From NCBI GenBank assembly GCA_013239625.1, contig MU053379.1, positions 132,490 to 196,489 of the forward strand: 64,000 nucleotides of DNA, written 5' to 3'. Below, piece after piece: positions 50,076 through 62,840 of this stretch. How positions within the stretch are numbered: the first letter of the stretch is position 1; every line of letters begins with the position of its first letter. The notes under the pieces were generated by a model. It worked only from the letters and a program-made list of their open reading frames with translations, ran no database searches and was not told the DNA's origin. A program made the position numbers and the translations under genes. The stretch is from Lama guanicoe (lineage: Eukaryota).

Positions 50076-51865
50076 TTAGTGGTGGCACAAGTAGGCGGTG
50101 AGGGTAGATGAAGACAGAAAATGAAAACATTCTGTATTCCCTTTTATTTAGACACGGGTATATGGAATCAGGGTGAGAAACATAACATTTACATATTGAT
50201 CTGGATACATGTCGATGTATTGCTCACACACATAGATTTTTAAGTTCTCATACCTTGTCCTCATTGCATTGAAGTCACATTATCTGCGACGTAACCTACT
50301 GGCTTTGCTTTTCATGTCTGCCTAAACAAAATTAGAGTTACGTGTACTTCGGATTCTCAGTCAAAATAAACATGATGCCTTGGCAACATGACTGTGTGAT
50401 GTTTACTCTCAAGTATCACCAGGGTGAATCACTAGAAATGCACACTAACCCCTGCTGGAGTCTGTGATTTTTTTAGGAAGGTGACCTTGTCTTCTTTCCT
50501 TGGGCTCTGGATCTCATAAGGCTTTAGTCAAACTCATAAAAATTCTGACCTGATCACAGAGAAATGATCAGGCTCCGGGAGTGGGAACTGGAGCTGCAGG
50601 AAACGTGAGTAAGTGCTTCCCCGACTCGGTGCTGATTGTATTGCTGCTATTCGATGTTCCAGGAAGAGGAATTCTTCTTGATTAAAGGGGGAAAAAATAA
50701 CAATTTTTACCAGTGCTTGTTCAACATAGGTTATTTTGACAAGGACATATTTGAGTAATTCTGGGTTATGGAATGAAAGTGACAAGTTTTATTTATTAGC
50801 CTCAATTGGCGGTAAGCTACACCACAGTGAATTCATCTCGGCGTTCACTCAGGGCGACTGCAGGGAGAGGCTGCACATTTTAAGTGCCTTCTCAGGGTTC
50901 TAATTGTATCATGAAATCAAAGAAGTGATAGATGTAGAATTAAGAAAAGAAACATAAGAGATACATATTTCAGTCTGCAAATTCAGCTGTGTAATAAATA
51001 TATGATGTATTTTTCCATGATTCAAATTAATATTTCAAGCCTGTTTCTGCCAGAGTAACCAAGAATAGAGCCCTTTTCTTTACCAGGAAGAATTTACTTT
51101 AAGAGGTGAGAAGGAAAAAAGAAATGGGAAAACAATGAGGAAAGGAGAACAAGGGGTTGTTCTTCAGGGCCCGGAGGCTCCTGCCCTGGAATAATTGAGA
51201 CAGGAGTGGTCAGGAAGGCACCTCAAAGACCATTCCCAGAGCAGAGGGGCCACTGTGGGGCCTGCAGATGGTCCAGCCCTGGACAGACAGAGCAGCCCAA
51301 GCCAGGACACCAGGCTCTGAAAGCCAGTGGTCTGGGCTGTGAACTGGCTTCTCACGCTCTCCTGTTCCCCCTGTCCTCTGCAAGGTGTCGACTGGCACTG
51401 GTGTTCCAGGGAGTCTGCCTGGAGGAGCTGAAATTTGATGCCATGGGTTCTCATTCGACCATGCCCTGATTATACCCCCATCCTGGTGTGGCTTAAAGAA
51501 TTTTCTCTTATGTGCTTTGTAGACTCACAGAAGGCAAGAGCTGGAAAGTGGCAGCTGCAACTGAGCAATCTGCAGTCTCTCTCTGTCTCTGTCTCTCTGT
51601 CTCTCAGTTTAGTTGTAGAGATGTTCCTCAGCTGACATCTCACTTGGAACTCCAGTCCCTAAAAGAGACCACAAGGTGGGGAGAGGACAGTGGTGTTCAG
51701 GAAATCCTGACAAGCTAGAAATTAGGAGACCCAGGTATCTGTTTTGGTCCAGCCCCCATCAAGCCTCCCACTGGCTAATAAAGTGCCTTCTTCACATGCC
51801 ATCACTTTACTTCTTGCCAATCCTGAGACAAGTGGGGCAGTGCCAATGCTGCCTTTGATTTGAAG

Positions 51866-52410
51866 TGTAAGGAAGCCTCTCACCCTCTGTGCTCTGGAAA
51901 ACGGCTCACTGCAAAGGACCACGCTTCCCCACACGACTGCCCTGGAGACATGTGGCCACCTCCCTTTACCCAGGACAAGGCTACACGTTCCCTTTGTTGC
52001 CTCACAAATGAGTATTACCTGGGCTGCTTGTCCCCACGGGTCATTTGGAACAAAATGCTGGTCAGACTTTGATCACACTTCTCTCGCTTCTCCAGGCCCC
52101 TGAACTCTGACCCGCCCTCAGCCCAAGTCATCAGACAGCCTCTCCTCAGGGTCCCTCCTGGAAAACATACTGGCCTCAGGGAAAAAGATACCCTGATCTG
52201 CTGTCTGATCACACTGCCCTTCCACCCCACGTCCCCAAGCCTGCTTCTTTCCGTCTGTGTTCCCATTCCTCTCTATAAAAGAAAACACCCTTTTCGCCTA
52301 ACTCTTGAGAGGCCTGTGGATCTTAAGGGGTTATCGTGTTCTCCCCTTTGCAACAGCCCCCTCCCCCTATGATAGTGGCTGCCCACCCCCACACCTGGCA
52401 ATAATTCTTA
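51866..52410 (+). mobile_element. solo LTR (MER73/MER54-group-like)
   Basis: Starts tgtaagg; TATA-like ctctataaaag near 52272; ttgcaacagccccctccccctatg..gcaataattc tail typical of this group. Confidence 0.55.
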
Positions 52411-52582
52411 CTAAGTTTGCTTTTGGTTTGACAGCAGGTATTCTGATGCCCATTCTATGGCAAGGAAAGCTGAGGTTTGCAGGGGTTGACACATGCCCTG
52501 GGTGTGGTAGTTAGGTTAATGAAGTGTGGCCCAGGCTGGATTCAACCCAGATCGTCTCAACACTTCAGTCTTGGGGCTTTTT

Positions 52583-53210
52583 TTCCTTTTTCTTTTGTTT
52601 TTTTAAGTAGTCCATTTATTTATTTATTTGGCAGGAGGAAGTTAGGTTTTTAATTTAAAATTTAATTTTAATTAAAAAATTTTTTTTTTCATTTGTAGTC
52701 ATTTTATTACATTAAAAACATTCTCAGGTCACAAGTCACAGAAGAACAAGTGATGGTCTGGGTCTGGCCTACAAGCTGAAGCTTGCTGATGTCTGGTTTA
52801 GACCACTGATCTGAGACCTCCCTTCTATCCAATATAAGCATTTAATCCAGTGTTTCCCTCCAAACACTGTTTTAACTGCATTACTGTTTGTATTATTTCG
52901 ACTTTGTACTATATTTTAGCCATCACTGTAGGATTTTTTTTTTCTTTTTAAAACTGAAAAAGTTTTATTAGGTAGAATTACTACAGTCCGACCGCACACA
53001 CACATTATACTGCATGTAAATACATATACACAGCGTACTGCACATTTTTTTAGTTTACATATATGTACTGATCATTGTTTCTAAGAACAGATTAGAGCTT
53101 TAGCTTTTTAAACTTTTTAAAATTTTTAATAGAGGTACTGGGGATTGAACTCACAACCTCGTGCATGCCAAGCACGCGCTCTGTCACTGAGCTATACCCT
53201 CCGCCCACCA
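52583..53210 (-). mobile_element. camelid SINE split by a ~430-bp retroposed insertion
   Basis: Head at ~53110-53210 (gaggtactggggattgaactc..ctgagctataccctcc), tail at ~52583-52680 (ggcaggaggaagttaggtttt); TSD gggcttttt at 52574 and 53211. Confidence 0.7.
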
Positions 53211-54709
53211 GGGCTTTTTATACGGTCACATGGGTTCTTTCTCTGTGTTCTGGCAAGTGACTTCACTTGGGTAAACTGAGAAGGTTGGGTTTGAGGGCTT
53301 CCTCAGGTCCACCAGCTCTGACCTGACGAGGAGCAACACAGAGAGGCCCGAAGCCCCAGGGTACACCCTAAAACAGCTGTGTAAATGAGAAAGCCAGGCT
53401 CTCTGACATGTGAGGGCCCTCAGAAAGTGAGATACTTGTCAGAAAACATTCCTGTCGAAAAATAAACCTGGAAAGGAGATGATAGGCCCCACAGAGGTGA
53501 GGGAGGTGGATCTGCCCGTCCAGTCTGAAATCTAAAAATGAAAACCCATTTGCCGAGTTTCATATTAAAAGAACACACCCAGTGAAATCCTAGGATGTAT
53601 CTTGGCTGGCTCGTATCCCTGAGGTCTGCATCTGACTCATTCTGGATGCCTGAAATTGCTGGAATTTTGTCTGTCCCATCCGAGTGAGTTATTTCTAAAG
53701 AAAATTCAGAGAAAGCTTAAACAGAGTCTCTGAGTTACGTGAGTTATGTGTAGGCAGTGCAGCGCGGCCCCAGGCCGGCCACATCAGCGTCTCTTGGGAA
53801 TTTGGGAGCAGTGCAAACCCTCAGGCCCTGCTGAACCAGGCCTCTGAGCCAGAAGCTCTTGAGGGAGGGCCCGGCCTTCTGGGCTAATAAGCCCTCCAAA
53901 GGATGCTCGTGGCACTCAAGGGTGTCCTGGTTTAGGGATGAGCGTTCAGGTCAGGGCCGCCCCAGGTGATGATCCTGAGGGTGAAGGTGACTTTGCTACT
54001 CTCAGTCCCTCCCTCCGCCGGCTGCTGTGCTCTGGGAGTGACTTACCTGAACCCCCTCTCCACTGAGCTGCCTTCCCAGGTGTTGTCAGTGTTTCTTTCT
54101 TTCTTTTTTTTTTTTTACCCAGCAGTTCCTGTATTCAAAGAAAGGAAAGAAATCAGGATGTATTGAGTGTCCATGAATGTGCCAGGCGCTTGGGCTCGGC
54201 ACCCGTGATGAGTTATTTATGTGATCTTCATAAAAGCCCAAAGAGTAGAAAAGCATGTCCCGTGTTTCATGCAGAGGGAGTTTTGAATTTCGTAGAGGAA
54301 CAACCCTTAAAGACCTGAAGGCTTCACGACCTGAAAGGATGTCTATGGGTAGAATTTCATGCACTTTGTGGGGGTGGGAGAGATATTTTTATCAGGAGGA
54401 AGGCCAGGCTGGCACATGCACTGAATTGATGGCACTTTCAAAAGGCAAAGAGTCAGTCCATAGTGTGTGACTTGGCAGCTCCACTCTGGGTTATGGTTCC
54501 TGAAAAAACTCTCCCCAGGTCCATAGGAAGTGAATGACCCTGCAGCGTGTCCATGGAGGTGGGGGGGAGGGGTTGGAGGTGATCTGGATGCCCAGCACGA
54601 GGCGGATGCATGAAAAATACTATAGATGCACACTTGTGCGAGCAAAAGTCTGGAGGATCTGACCACAACACAGACAGGGCTTACACACTTAATGCTATGC
54701 AAGATATGA

Positions 54710-55002
54710 GTCTGGGGGTGGGGAGCAGGCAAACGGACGAAGGCAGTCAAAAGATATAAACTTCCAGTATAAAATAGGTAAGTCATGGGACTGTAATGGA
54801 CAGCATGCTGACTATAGTTATAATACTGGGCTGTATATGGGAAAGTCACTAAGAGAGTAGATCTTAAAAGTTCTCATCACAAGGAAAAAAAAACTAAACT
54901 TACTGTGGTGGTCACTTTGCAATATATACAGATATTAAATCATCATGTTGCACACCTAAAACTAACGTAGTGTTAGACGTCAATTATATCTCAGTTTAAA
55001 AA
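54710..55002 (+). mobile_element. L1 3' end (L1MA9/L1MB-like)
   Basis: aaacttccagtataaaataggtaagtcatgggactgtaatggacagcatg, gagagtagatcttaaaagttctcatcacaagg, catgttgcacacctaaaactaa..gtcaattatatctca. Confidence 0.85.
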
Positions 55003-56349
55003 GTCATCATGGCTCCTGAAGATGTCACAGCTGAATCTCTGTTCTGATAGCACTTAACGTTATGCCTCTTCCTCTCTCTGCCTCATGGGGGACTTGGGAC
55101 CTTTTGGCAAGAGCAGAAGAATTCTCCAACCCTTTATCTCCTGGGCCAGGTGGGACCACTGGCCCCAGAGGGACCTTTAAGATGGCTCATCCCACCCTCC
55201 ATTTTGTGAGGGAGGAGTTGAGACCCCAAGAGGAGAGATGAGGTGGGGGGCAGAGCTGGACTTGCCTAGAACATGACATCTGGATTCCTAGTCTGGGGGC
55301 CATTTCTGGACATCCCCCCACCCATTGCATAATGGAGTCATTGGGAACTATTGGGAAAAACAGATCCCAGCCCCCGACCCACCTCGCCGCCCACTGAGCT
55401 TTGGACTGAATGGGTCTGAGGGAAGGCCCAGGAACCTGTATGTCCCCAAATTTCTCCAGGATAGTGCCATGAAGCTGGGTTTGAAAAGCACACCCTCCCA
55501 CCCTCACATCCAACAGCAAAGTGAAGGGAGAAGGTTTAAGACACTGGCCAGCCTGTTAAGTCTATTTTCTGGCAAAGAGCCCAAAGGATTTATCTTATGA
55601 GGAAATCTACAGGGGACCCTAAGCAGGTGGAGAGGTTGCTGGAATCTTCTTATCTTAGGGATCAGCAGTTCAGCTCCCAAGGCCTCCCCTCCCCCTGCCT
55701 CCTTCTATTCCCCAGGGTGGGACAAACTCCTTGGTGGTGACAACCTGTGTCCACGCCTCCCTTCTTGATCCCTTAGCCAAGTATTTATTGAGTGTGAAGC
55801 ATACCACACTGGTGCCAGGGAAGCTGCATGAGATGTGGGACCATCCCTGAAAGCCATCCCAGGCCAGTGAAGGAGGTGGGTGACACACTTCTGCAAGGAC
55901 AGAATGCTGGGGGCTGGACACCAGGGGACCGATGTGTCAGAGTCTCCCTCTGAGATCCTGGTTTGCAAAATAGCACTGAGTCTGTCTCAGGTGGTGTTTT
56001 TATTGCACAGTAATGATCTAATTAGATTCCTCTCAATCTTTTTCTGAACAGGCCCACAGGCACATTGGCATTATCCCCATTGTATGGTGCTTGGAAATTT
56101 GTTCACATTTATTCCTCAATATTCCTTATTGTCTGCCAAAACCATATAATACAGTTTTACAAGTGGCATAAGGAATCTCTCAACCATGAGATCGCGAGGC
56201 TATTAGAGGTGATTTTGAGTATTCTGAGACCTTTGATTGCCCTGAAATGGCTACTATAGATAAATTGTCAGCTTCTAATCTGGTGCTTGGAGAAGTCCTC
56301 AAGGACCTTCGTGGACATATGCGGGCTTATCTGGCTCAAGCACCTCAGA

Positions 56350-56472
56350 AAATTAGGTTTATTTATTTATTTACTATTTTTTTTTAGAGGAGGTACTGAG
56401 GAGTGAACCCAGGACGTTGTGCATACAAAGCACGTGCTCCACCACTTTGAGTTATACCCTCCCCCTGCCCCC
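56350..56472 (-). mobile_element. camelid tRNA-Ala-derived SINE (vic-1 type)
   Basis: aattaggtttatttattt..gaggaggtactgaggagtgaacccaggacgttgtgcat..gagttataccctccccc. Confidence 0.8.
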
Positions 56473-56869
56473 ACCTCTTATGACAGTTAAGGAAAGGCAT
56501 CCTTTTGTGTGGCATACACAGTCCTTCTGGCCTCAGTTGATTGGTTTAAAGAGGGGAGGGCATCTGACCAGGATGAGCCAATCAGAATCCCTGTGTGGAA
56601 TTTTTGGATTGAGAACCAGGAGAGATGGGACTCTGTCTAGCTTCTGAAGCAGCGTACCTACTTAGGGCCAGGCCTTGTCCTGAGCTCTGCAGCTATGGCA
56701 TTGAATAAAAGGGAATGACTTCTTTCCCGGTGAGCAGTTATAGTCTGGTGGGAGTGGGGAGACAGAGAAAGAAACACATAGACAGACAAATATATAAATG
56801 TAAAATATAGCCCTGAACAGGTCAACAATCACTATTACAATAATAATGAAAACTGCTCTTATAACAACA

Positions 56870-57095
56870 TAGTGAGGAGAGGGAAGGAGGGGGCAACATA
56901 AGGTTAGGGGAGTAAGAGGTATAAATTATCGGGTACAAAATAAGCCACAAGGATATGTTGTACAACACGGGGAATATAGCCAATATTTTATAATAACTAT
57001 AAAGGGAGTATAACCTTTAAAAATTGTGAATCAGTATATTATATACCTGTAACTTGTATAATGTTGTACAGAAGCTATCTTTCAATTTAAAAAAA
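56870..57095 (+). mobile_element. L1 3' end fragment
   Basis: aaaataagccacaaggatatgttgtacaacacggggaatatagccaatattttataataactata..aaaaattgtgaatcag. Confidence 0.8.
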
Positions 57096-57192
57096 GAGTA
57101 ATGCTGTTTATTGTGTGTGTGAAGGATGGGGCAGCTGAGAAAGGAGAACTCAGCTGCCAACAAGTGTCTTCTCTTTCCTCTAAAAAATCAGT

Positions 57193-57682
57193 CTAATGGA
57201 ATAGTATTCAGCCATAAAAATGACAACGTAACGCCATTTGCAGCAACATGGATGTCCCTGGAGAATGTCATTCCAAGTGAAGTAAGCTTGAAAGAGAAAG
57301 AAAAATACCATATGAGATTACTCATATGTGGAATTTTAAAAAATAAAATAGAAGAACATATATACAAAACAGAAACAGAGTCATAGACATAGAATACAAA
57401 CTTGTGGTCACCAGCGGGGAAGTGAGGTGGGAAGGGACAGACTGAGATTTCAAAATTTGTAGATACTGACAGGCATATGCAGAATAGACAAACAAGATTA
57501 TACTGCATAGCACAGGGAAATATATATAAAAAAAACAATCAAGATCTTATAGCTCACAGCGAAAAAAGATGTGACAATGAATATATGTGTGTTCATGTAT
57601 AACTAAAACATTGTGCTGTACACTGGAATTTGACACAACATTGCACTGACTATAACTTACTAAAAAAATGTTAAAAAAAAAA
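57193..57682 (+). mobile_element. relatively young L1 3' end with poly(A)
   Basis: tcagccataaaaatgacaac..gccatttgcagcaacatggatgtccctggagaatgtcattccaagtgaagtaagc; ends in A-tract followed by tcagtc, which also precedes the element. Confidence 0.88.
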
Positions 57683-57759
57683 GAGTCAGTCAAAACCCAT
57701 GTGTCTCTATCCTGGAGCATGCAAGGGAAGTCTGTAAGAAGGCAGAATGATCTCTGGGT

Positions 57760-57980
57760 TAGGATCTTGGGCTCTGGAATCAGATCCTGATGAGCCAGTG
57801 ATCATGGTTCTGACCTCTGGAAACCACTTAACCATCCACCTCCAACTTCTTCACCTGGAGAACATGGCACTGATGCTTCTCTCATGGTACTGTTGTGGGA
57901 ATTGAATGAGAAAACACACACAAAATACTTAAATAACAGCCTGACTGGCAGAAAGCACCAAAAATGGTGATTATCACTAT
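57760..57980 (+). mobile_element. MIR fragment
   Basis: ggttaggatcttgggctctggaatcagatcctg..ttcttcacctggagaacatgg..tgttgtgggaattgaatgag. Confidence 0.6.
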
Positions 57981-58191
57981 TGCTGTACAAGGATAAAAAT
58001 GAATAAATACATGGCTCTATATGTTCAATGAGGGTAAGTCTCAAAAACATGTGTGTAAAAAAAGAAAAAGCAAGGTGCTGGCACACATATAAATACAGTG
58101 TGATATAATTTATGTGAAATGTAGAGCATGAAGTAATATGACGCGCTGCTTTTGAATCAACGCTTGTGCTTTTATATGGGTGTGTTGCCTC

Positions 58192-58218
58192 TGTGTGTGT
58201 GTGTGTGTGTGTGTGTGT
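58192..58218. repeat. (TG)n microsatellite
   Basis: Perfect tgtgtg.. run. Confidence 0.9.
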
Positions 58219-60689
58219 TAGAAAGGCCAACAACATACCCAGGAAATGTACGAACTAACTAATCTTCCAGATAGTGGTTACCTCTGGTGCTGGTGGTGGC
58301 CACACCTAGTGGTGTGTGTGTGTGTGTCTATACATGTGTGTGTGTGCATGCATGCTCACGCACGTATGCAGAGCAGAGGTGGTCTGCATGCTTGAAATGT
58401 TTCATAATGAAACATTTTGGAAAATGCATTATAAAAACTTCCATCTGATAATGAGAGGCTGTCTTGTTCATTTGTATTCTGCTGGGCTGTTCAAACTTCC
58501 CTTTTGATATGCAGGGGAAGTTGCAGTGCGATACCCATCTGAAATGTAAATTATTAATGAGGCTTTTTGGCCTGGGATGGTTCCAGACGGGGGTTCTGTG
58601 GCTGGAGTGTGGGGGCAGGGTGGGAGAAAGGCCAGAAGGCTGGTTTTATGAATTTACGTTGTACGTCCTTACATAATCTGCAGAAAGAGAGAGATTTCGA
58701 GTGAAACATCACAGGCAGTTTGCTTAATCTCTCTCAGTACATTTCCTCTGCTATGAAATAGGAAGAATAAATCGTATTTTACGAGGTTGCTGTGAGAAGT
58801 AAATAAACACAGAACGTGGCACTCGGTAAGTACGTCAAATACCCAGCATTCTGACACCCAATTTATTTTTACAGCTTACATGCGACAGACTTTAGAGAAG
58901 AAAAAAATACCCCTCTCTTCCCAGGCTGAAAGATGATTTCTGCAGGAGTCAGCACAGCCAATGAAATCTCACCACCGCCACCAACCCGCCCCAAATCAAT
59001 TAAGTGCATTTAAAACACCAGAAACAGAACATCAAATAAAATCTTTCTGATGTGACTATGAAATTCCTCCTGTCTCCCCCTGCCTTGCGGTTTGTGAGCT
59101 TCATGCGTCCAGGGAAGGGGAGTGGGATGGGGAGCGGGCCCCTCCCTGGGAGGCAGGACAGACAAGGCAGGGATCACAGGCAGGTCTGGGGAAGGGGTGG
59201 AAGCTCCGCAAAGCTAAGGGAAGGAGGGGTTCAGGGCAGAGAGCGCTGCAGAAATTGTTAGAGCAGGCAGGTAGCTAGCTATGAGCAGAGAAAGGAGGAC
59301 ATGGGCCAAATGGCAGAAAACCATACATCTTTTGAACAACAGGGTCCTCAGATCAAAAAAAAAAGGATCCTCCAGATGGATAAAAAACCCTGCATTCTGG
59401 GCTGACAAGTGTCCTGGAGGCAGAAGGGTGGGACAAGACAGGAATCTCCACCATCTGAATGTAACCTTTTGATCATTATGACCTTGCGCAACTTCCCGAT
59501 CAGGACTAAATAAGGACAAAAAAATCCCTCCTCTCCACCTAGGAAGGTGGAGCTGGGATGAAAATCAGGAAGGATGACCCCAAGCCTCTCCCCACCAGTG
59601 GATATTCCACCCATTCATTTTTGCACCCAACTAATGAGCTTGCCAAGGAGACTCAGGGCAGCTGCTCATCTGAGCCTGCCTGCTCTCCCCTTGAGAGCGT
59701 ACCGCTTTCTTGATCTCTGTGTCTTGTTTCTAAATTCTTTTCTGCGACAGGACAAGAACCTTCCTGTTGACAACAGAAGGACAGAGGATATGTGAGTCAC
59801 CCCCAGGGCATAAGTAGAAAAGAAGGGAAGGCTCAGTGAGTTCATCTGAGGTCAGGGATGATTACAGCATGGAGAGGAGAAATGTGACCGCCGGTGGCAG
59901 ATTGGATCCAGGAGACTACTCCATCTCCTAGTCTAGATTGTGACTTCAAGCTGGACAGCGCAAAACGTGTTCTTCCTGTAGAAAGATGTAATTAATCTGA
60001 CCATCGGGGAGCAAATGTGTTAAGGAGACCGAAATCTCATCAATGACTCTTCAATAAGGGGAGGATGTGTTCCCCACAACTGGAAAAATCAAAGCTCATC
60101 AACATTACCAATTCTGCGAGTGACTCAATTCCAACATTCTGTGGCTTTTTTCCTCAATGGATATACACGTTTTTTAAAAAGTAGTAAAGCTATTTGGTAC
60201 CATTTTGGCTCATACTTCACCGTTTCAAAAGGCATTTTTGTTATTGATGCTGTAGCCACAGTGGGTGACGAAGGGGACGTGTACAGACTCCATCAGGAGA
60301 GAACTCAGTGCAGAGGGAAAAGAGTGGATTTGAGGTTGGACACACCCAGGCTCCTCCACTCATTTATTCAGCAAGTGTTTATGGAACAGGTACTATGAAT
60401 TGGGCTGGGAGTATTTAGTTTCTAGTGGAAAGTGGTGAAAAAGAGCGTCCAAAGTGAAAGACAAGCTGATTTCAGGTGTGGTGGAGCTGTGAAGGAAGTA
60501 AGGGGCAGTGATCGGATCCAGAGTGGCCAGGAGAGTGGGGGCTGTATAGTGGGGCGACTCTGGGCGGAAGCCTGGATACAAAGCGGCCAGCCCAGAGAAT
60601 GAGCACTTCATGCAGATCATGTAATGAGCTCTCTGTTCACCTCTCTACAGGAAGGCGCTTAATTTTAGGTGCCAATCACATCTCTAAAT

Positions 60690-61690
60690 ATCTTAGCGAA
60701 TTTTCTTAAATTTTTAAATAGCTCATAGTGGGTTCTATTGCGTTTTCTAGGTAGATAAGTATATAATTGAAGGTATTAATCATTTCTCTCTCCTCCTCCT
60801 TTTAAAAATTGATTAGCTTGAATCCCCAGGACAATTTTTTATCGTGGTAGTGACAGCTGGCATCTTTTCCTTGTTCCTGTTTTAATGGAATTGCTTATGA
60901 TGTTTCAATGTATCATGTGGTAGTTGTTGAAATGGTCTGGTAAATATCTTTCTTGTTTTGATTTATGAAGAATTAATTTTTTTCTAATAACTTTCTGGCA
61001 TCTATAGCAATTGTTATAGTGTTTTCTTCTTTCATCTTTGAATGTAGTAGCTTACACAATGCTTTTCTAAGATTGAAGAATTCTTACTTTTCTTGGATAA
61101 TTCTTAGTTGTAATCATTTTGTCTTAATATGTATTCAGTATGCTGATATTTTGTATAAAATTTCCTCCAACCATATTCATAAGTGAGATTGGCCTATGAT
61201 TTTGGTCTTCCTTTGCAGCCATTTTATGGTTTATCCATTAAAAGTTGTACTTGTCTTATAAAATGAGTTGGGTCAATGCTCTGAAATAATGTGTTTAAGA
61301 TGGGAATTGTCTGTTCTTAAAAGTTGAGTGGAATACTCCTGGGGCTGTTGCCTTTTGAGGAGGATGAGTCTTTGCAGTGATACTTTCTTTTATAATTACT
61401 GATCTATTCAGATTTTCTGATTTTTCTGCCAAGTTTGATAATTCATATTCTTCTACTTTATCTATGTTTTATCAGTTATCAGTATAAATTTGTATGTGGT
61501 ATTTTCTTATTTTGATGCCTTCTGTATATGTTAATAAGCTTTTTTCCCATGGGTGTGTATTTCCTCTCTCTCTCATTCTCTTTCTCTCTCTTTTGGTCTT
61601 AATTGCCAAAGATTCTTCTATTTTATTAGTCTTCAAAATATACATTTTGAATTATCTTAATAAACTATATTGCATTTTTGTTTTGTTTTG
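60690..61690 (-). mobile_element. ancient L1 fragments, antisense
   Basis: gtggtagtgacagctggcatcttttccttgttcctg, tattcataagtgagattggcctat, aaaatgagttggg. Confidence 0.65.
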
Positions 61691-61694
61691 TATT

Positions 61695-62159
61695 TGTATT
61701 AGTCAGGGTTCTCCAGAGAAAACATATAAAATATGAACAGATACAGGTATGGATATAAATAGATTTGTAATAGAAATTGGCTTAGATTATGGAGGCTGAG
61801 AAGTACCATGCTCTGTCTTCTGCAAGCTGGAGAACCAGGAAAGCTGGTGGTACAGTTCAGTTTGAGTCCAAAGACTTGAGAAGCAAAAGCACCAAGATCT
61901 GAGGGCAGGTGATGAATGTCCCAGCTCAGCAGAGAGCAAATTCACCCATCCTCTGTCTTTTGTTCTTTCTATCAGGCCCTCAGAGGATTGGATGATGTCC
62001 ACCCACATTGGTGAGGGTGGATCCCTTCACTCAGTCTACTGATTCAAATGCTAATCTCTCCTGGAAACACCCTCACAGAGACACCCAGAAATAATGCTTT
62101 ACCAGCTATCCGGGCATCCTTTAACTGAGTCAAGTTGACACATAAAATTAGCCATCACA
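61695..62159 (-). mobile_element. MLT2-family (ERVL) solo LTR, full length
   Basis: tgtattagtcagggttctccagaga..caagttgacacataaaattagccatcaca; perfect 5-bp TSD gtatt at 61690-61694 and 62160-62164. Confidence 0.9.
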
Positions 62160-62469
62160 GTATTTCATTATTTTCTGCTTTTATCTTTAATATTTTCTAC
62201 CTCTTCTCTCTTTGCTGCTGTTCTTTTTTCCTACCTTCTAGTGCTGATAAAGAAATCATATTCCACAGCAAGTCGCAAAGCCTGCTAACAAAAAAGCCAA
62301 CAAACTAAGTGATCTGAATGTTCTACTGAATAAGTTTCATGACCATTTCAAATGTCTTAGATTGGATCTATTTAGAAGAAAACTGTGATTCGGTGTCAGC
62401 TGTGCATAAAATTCTAAGATTTAATTATTTTCCATCAACACTTGGACAATATTAATCTACTATTATCTT

Positions 62470-62840
62470 GCATTTGGAGGTTAGTCTGTTGGAATATGGA
62501 TCCGCTTTGGTGACTTGCTTGTGACAAATAGAAGGTGATTGCTATTTAACTGCTGAAATTAGGTCATAAGAGGCGCTATAACCTACATCTCATGTCTCTT
62601 GGGATACTTGCTCTTGGAACTCATCTCCCATGTAATGAGGAAGCCGAGGGCATGTGGTGAGACCATATGTGGTGTTCCGGCTGATAGTGCCAAACTGAGG
62701 GCCCAGCCAACAGCCAGCTGCACCACCAGGAGAGTAAGGAAGCCTCTGTGATGCCTGCAGTCCACTCTGACTGCAACTGCATGAAGGACCCTGTGTGAAG
62801 ACCTCCTCGCTAAGCCCAGTTGACCCCCAGACATCACGAG
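62470..62840 (+). mobile_element. MLT1-family LTR fragment
   Basis: ttggtgacttgcttgtgacaaatagaag, ttaggtcataagagg, ccatgtaatgaggaagcc, ctgactgcaactgcatga..gctaagcccagt. Confidence 0.7.

Noticed and set aside
54343..54849. 168-aa minus-strand ORF
   Set aside because: Starts within an antisense L1 3' end; no homology evident.
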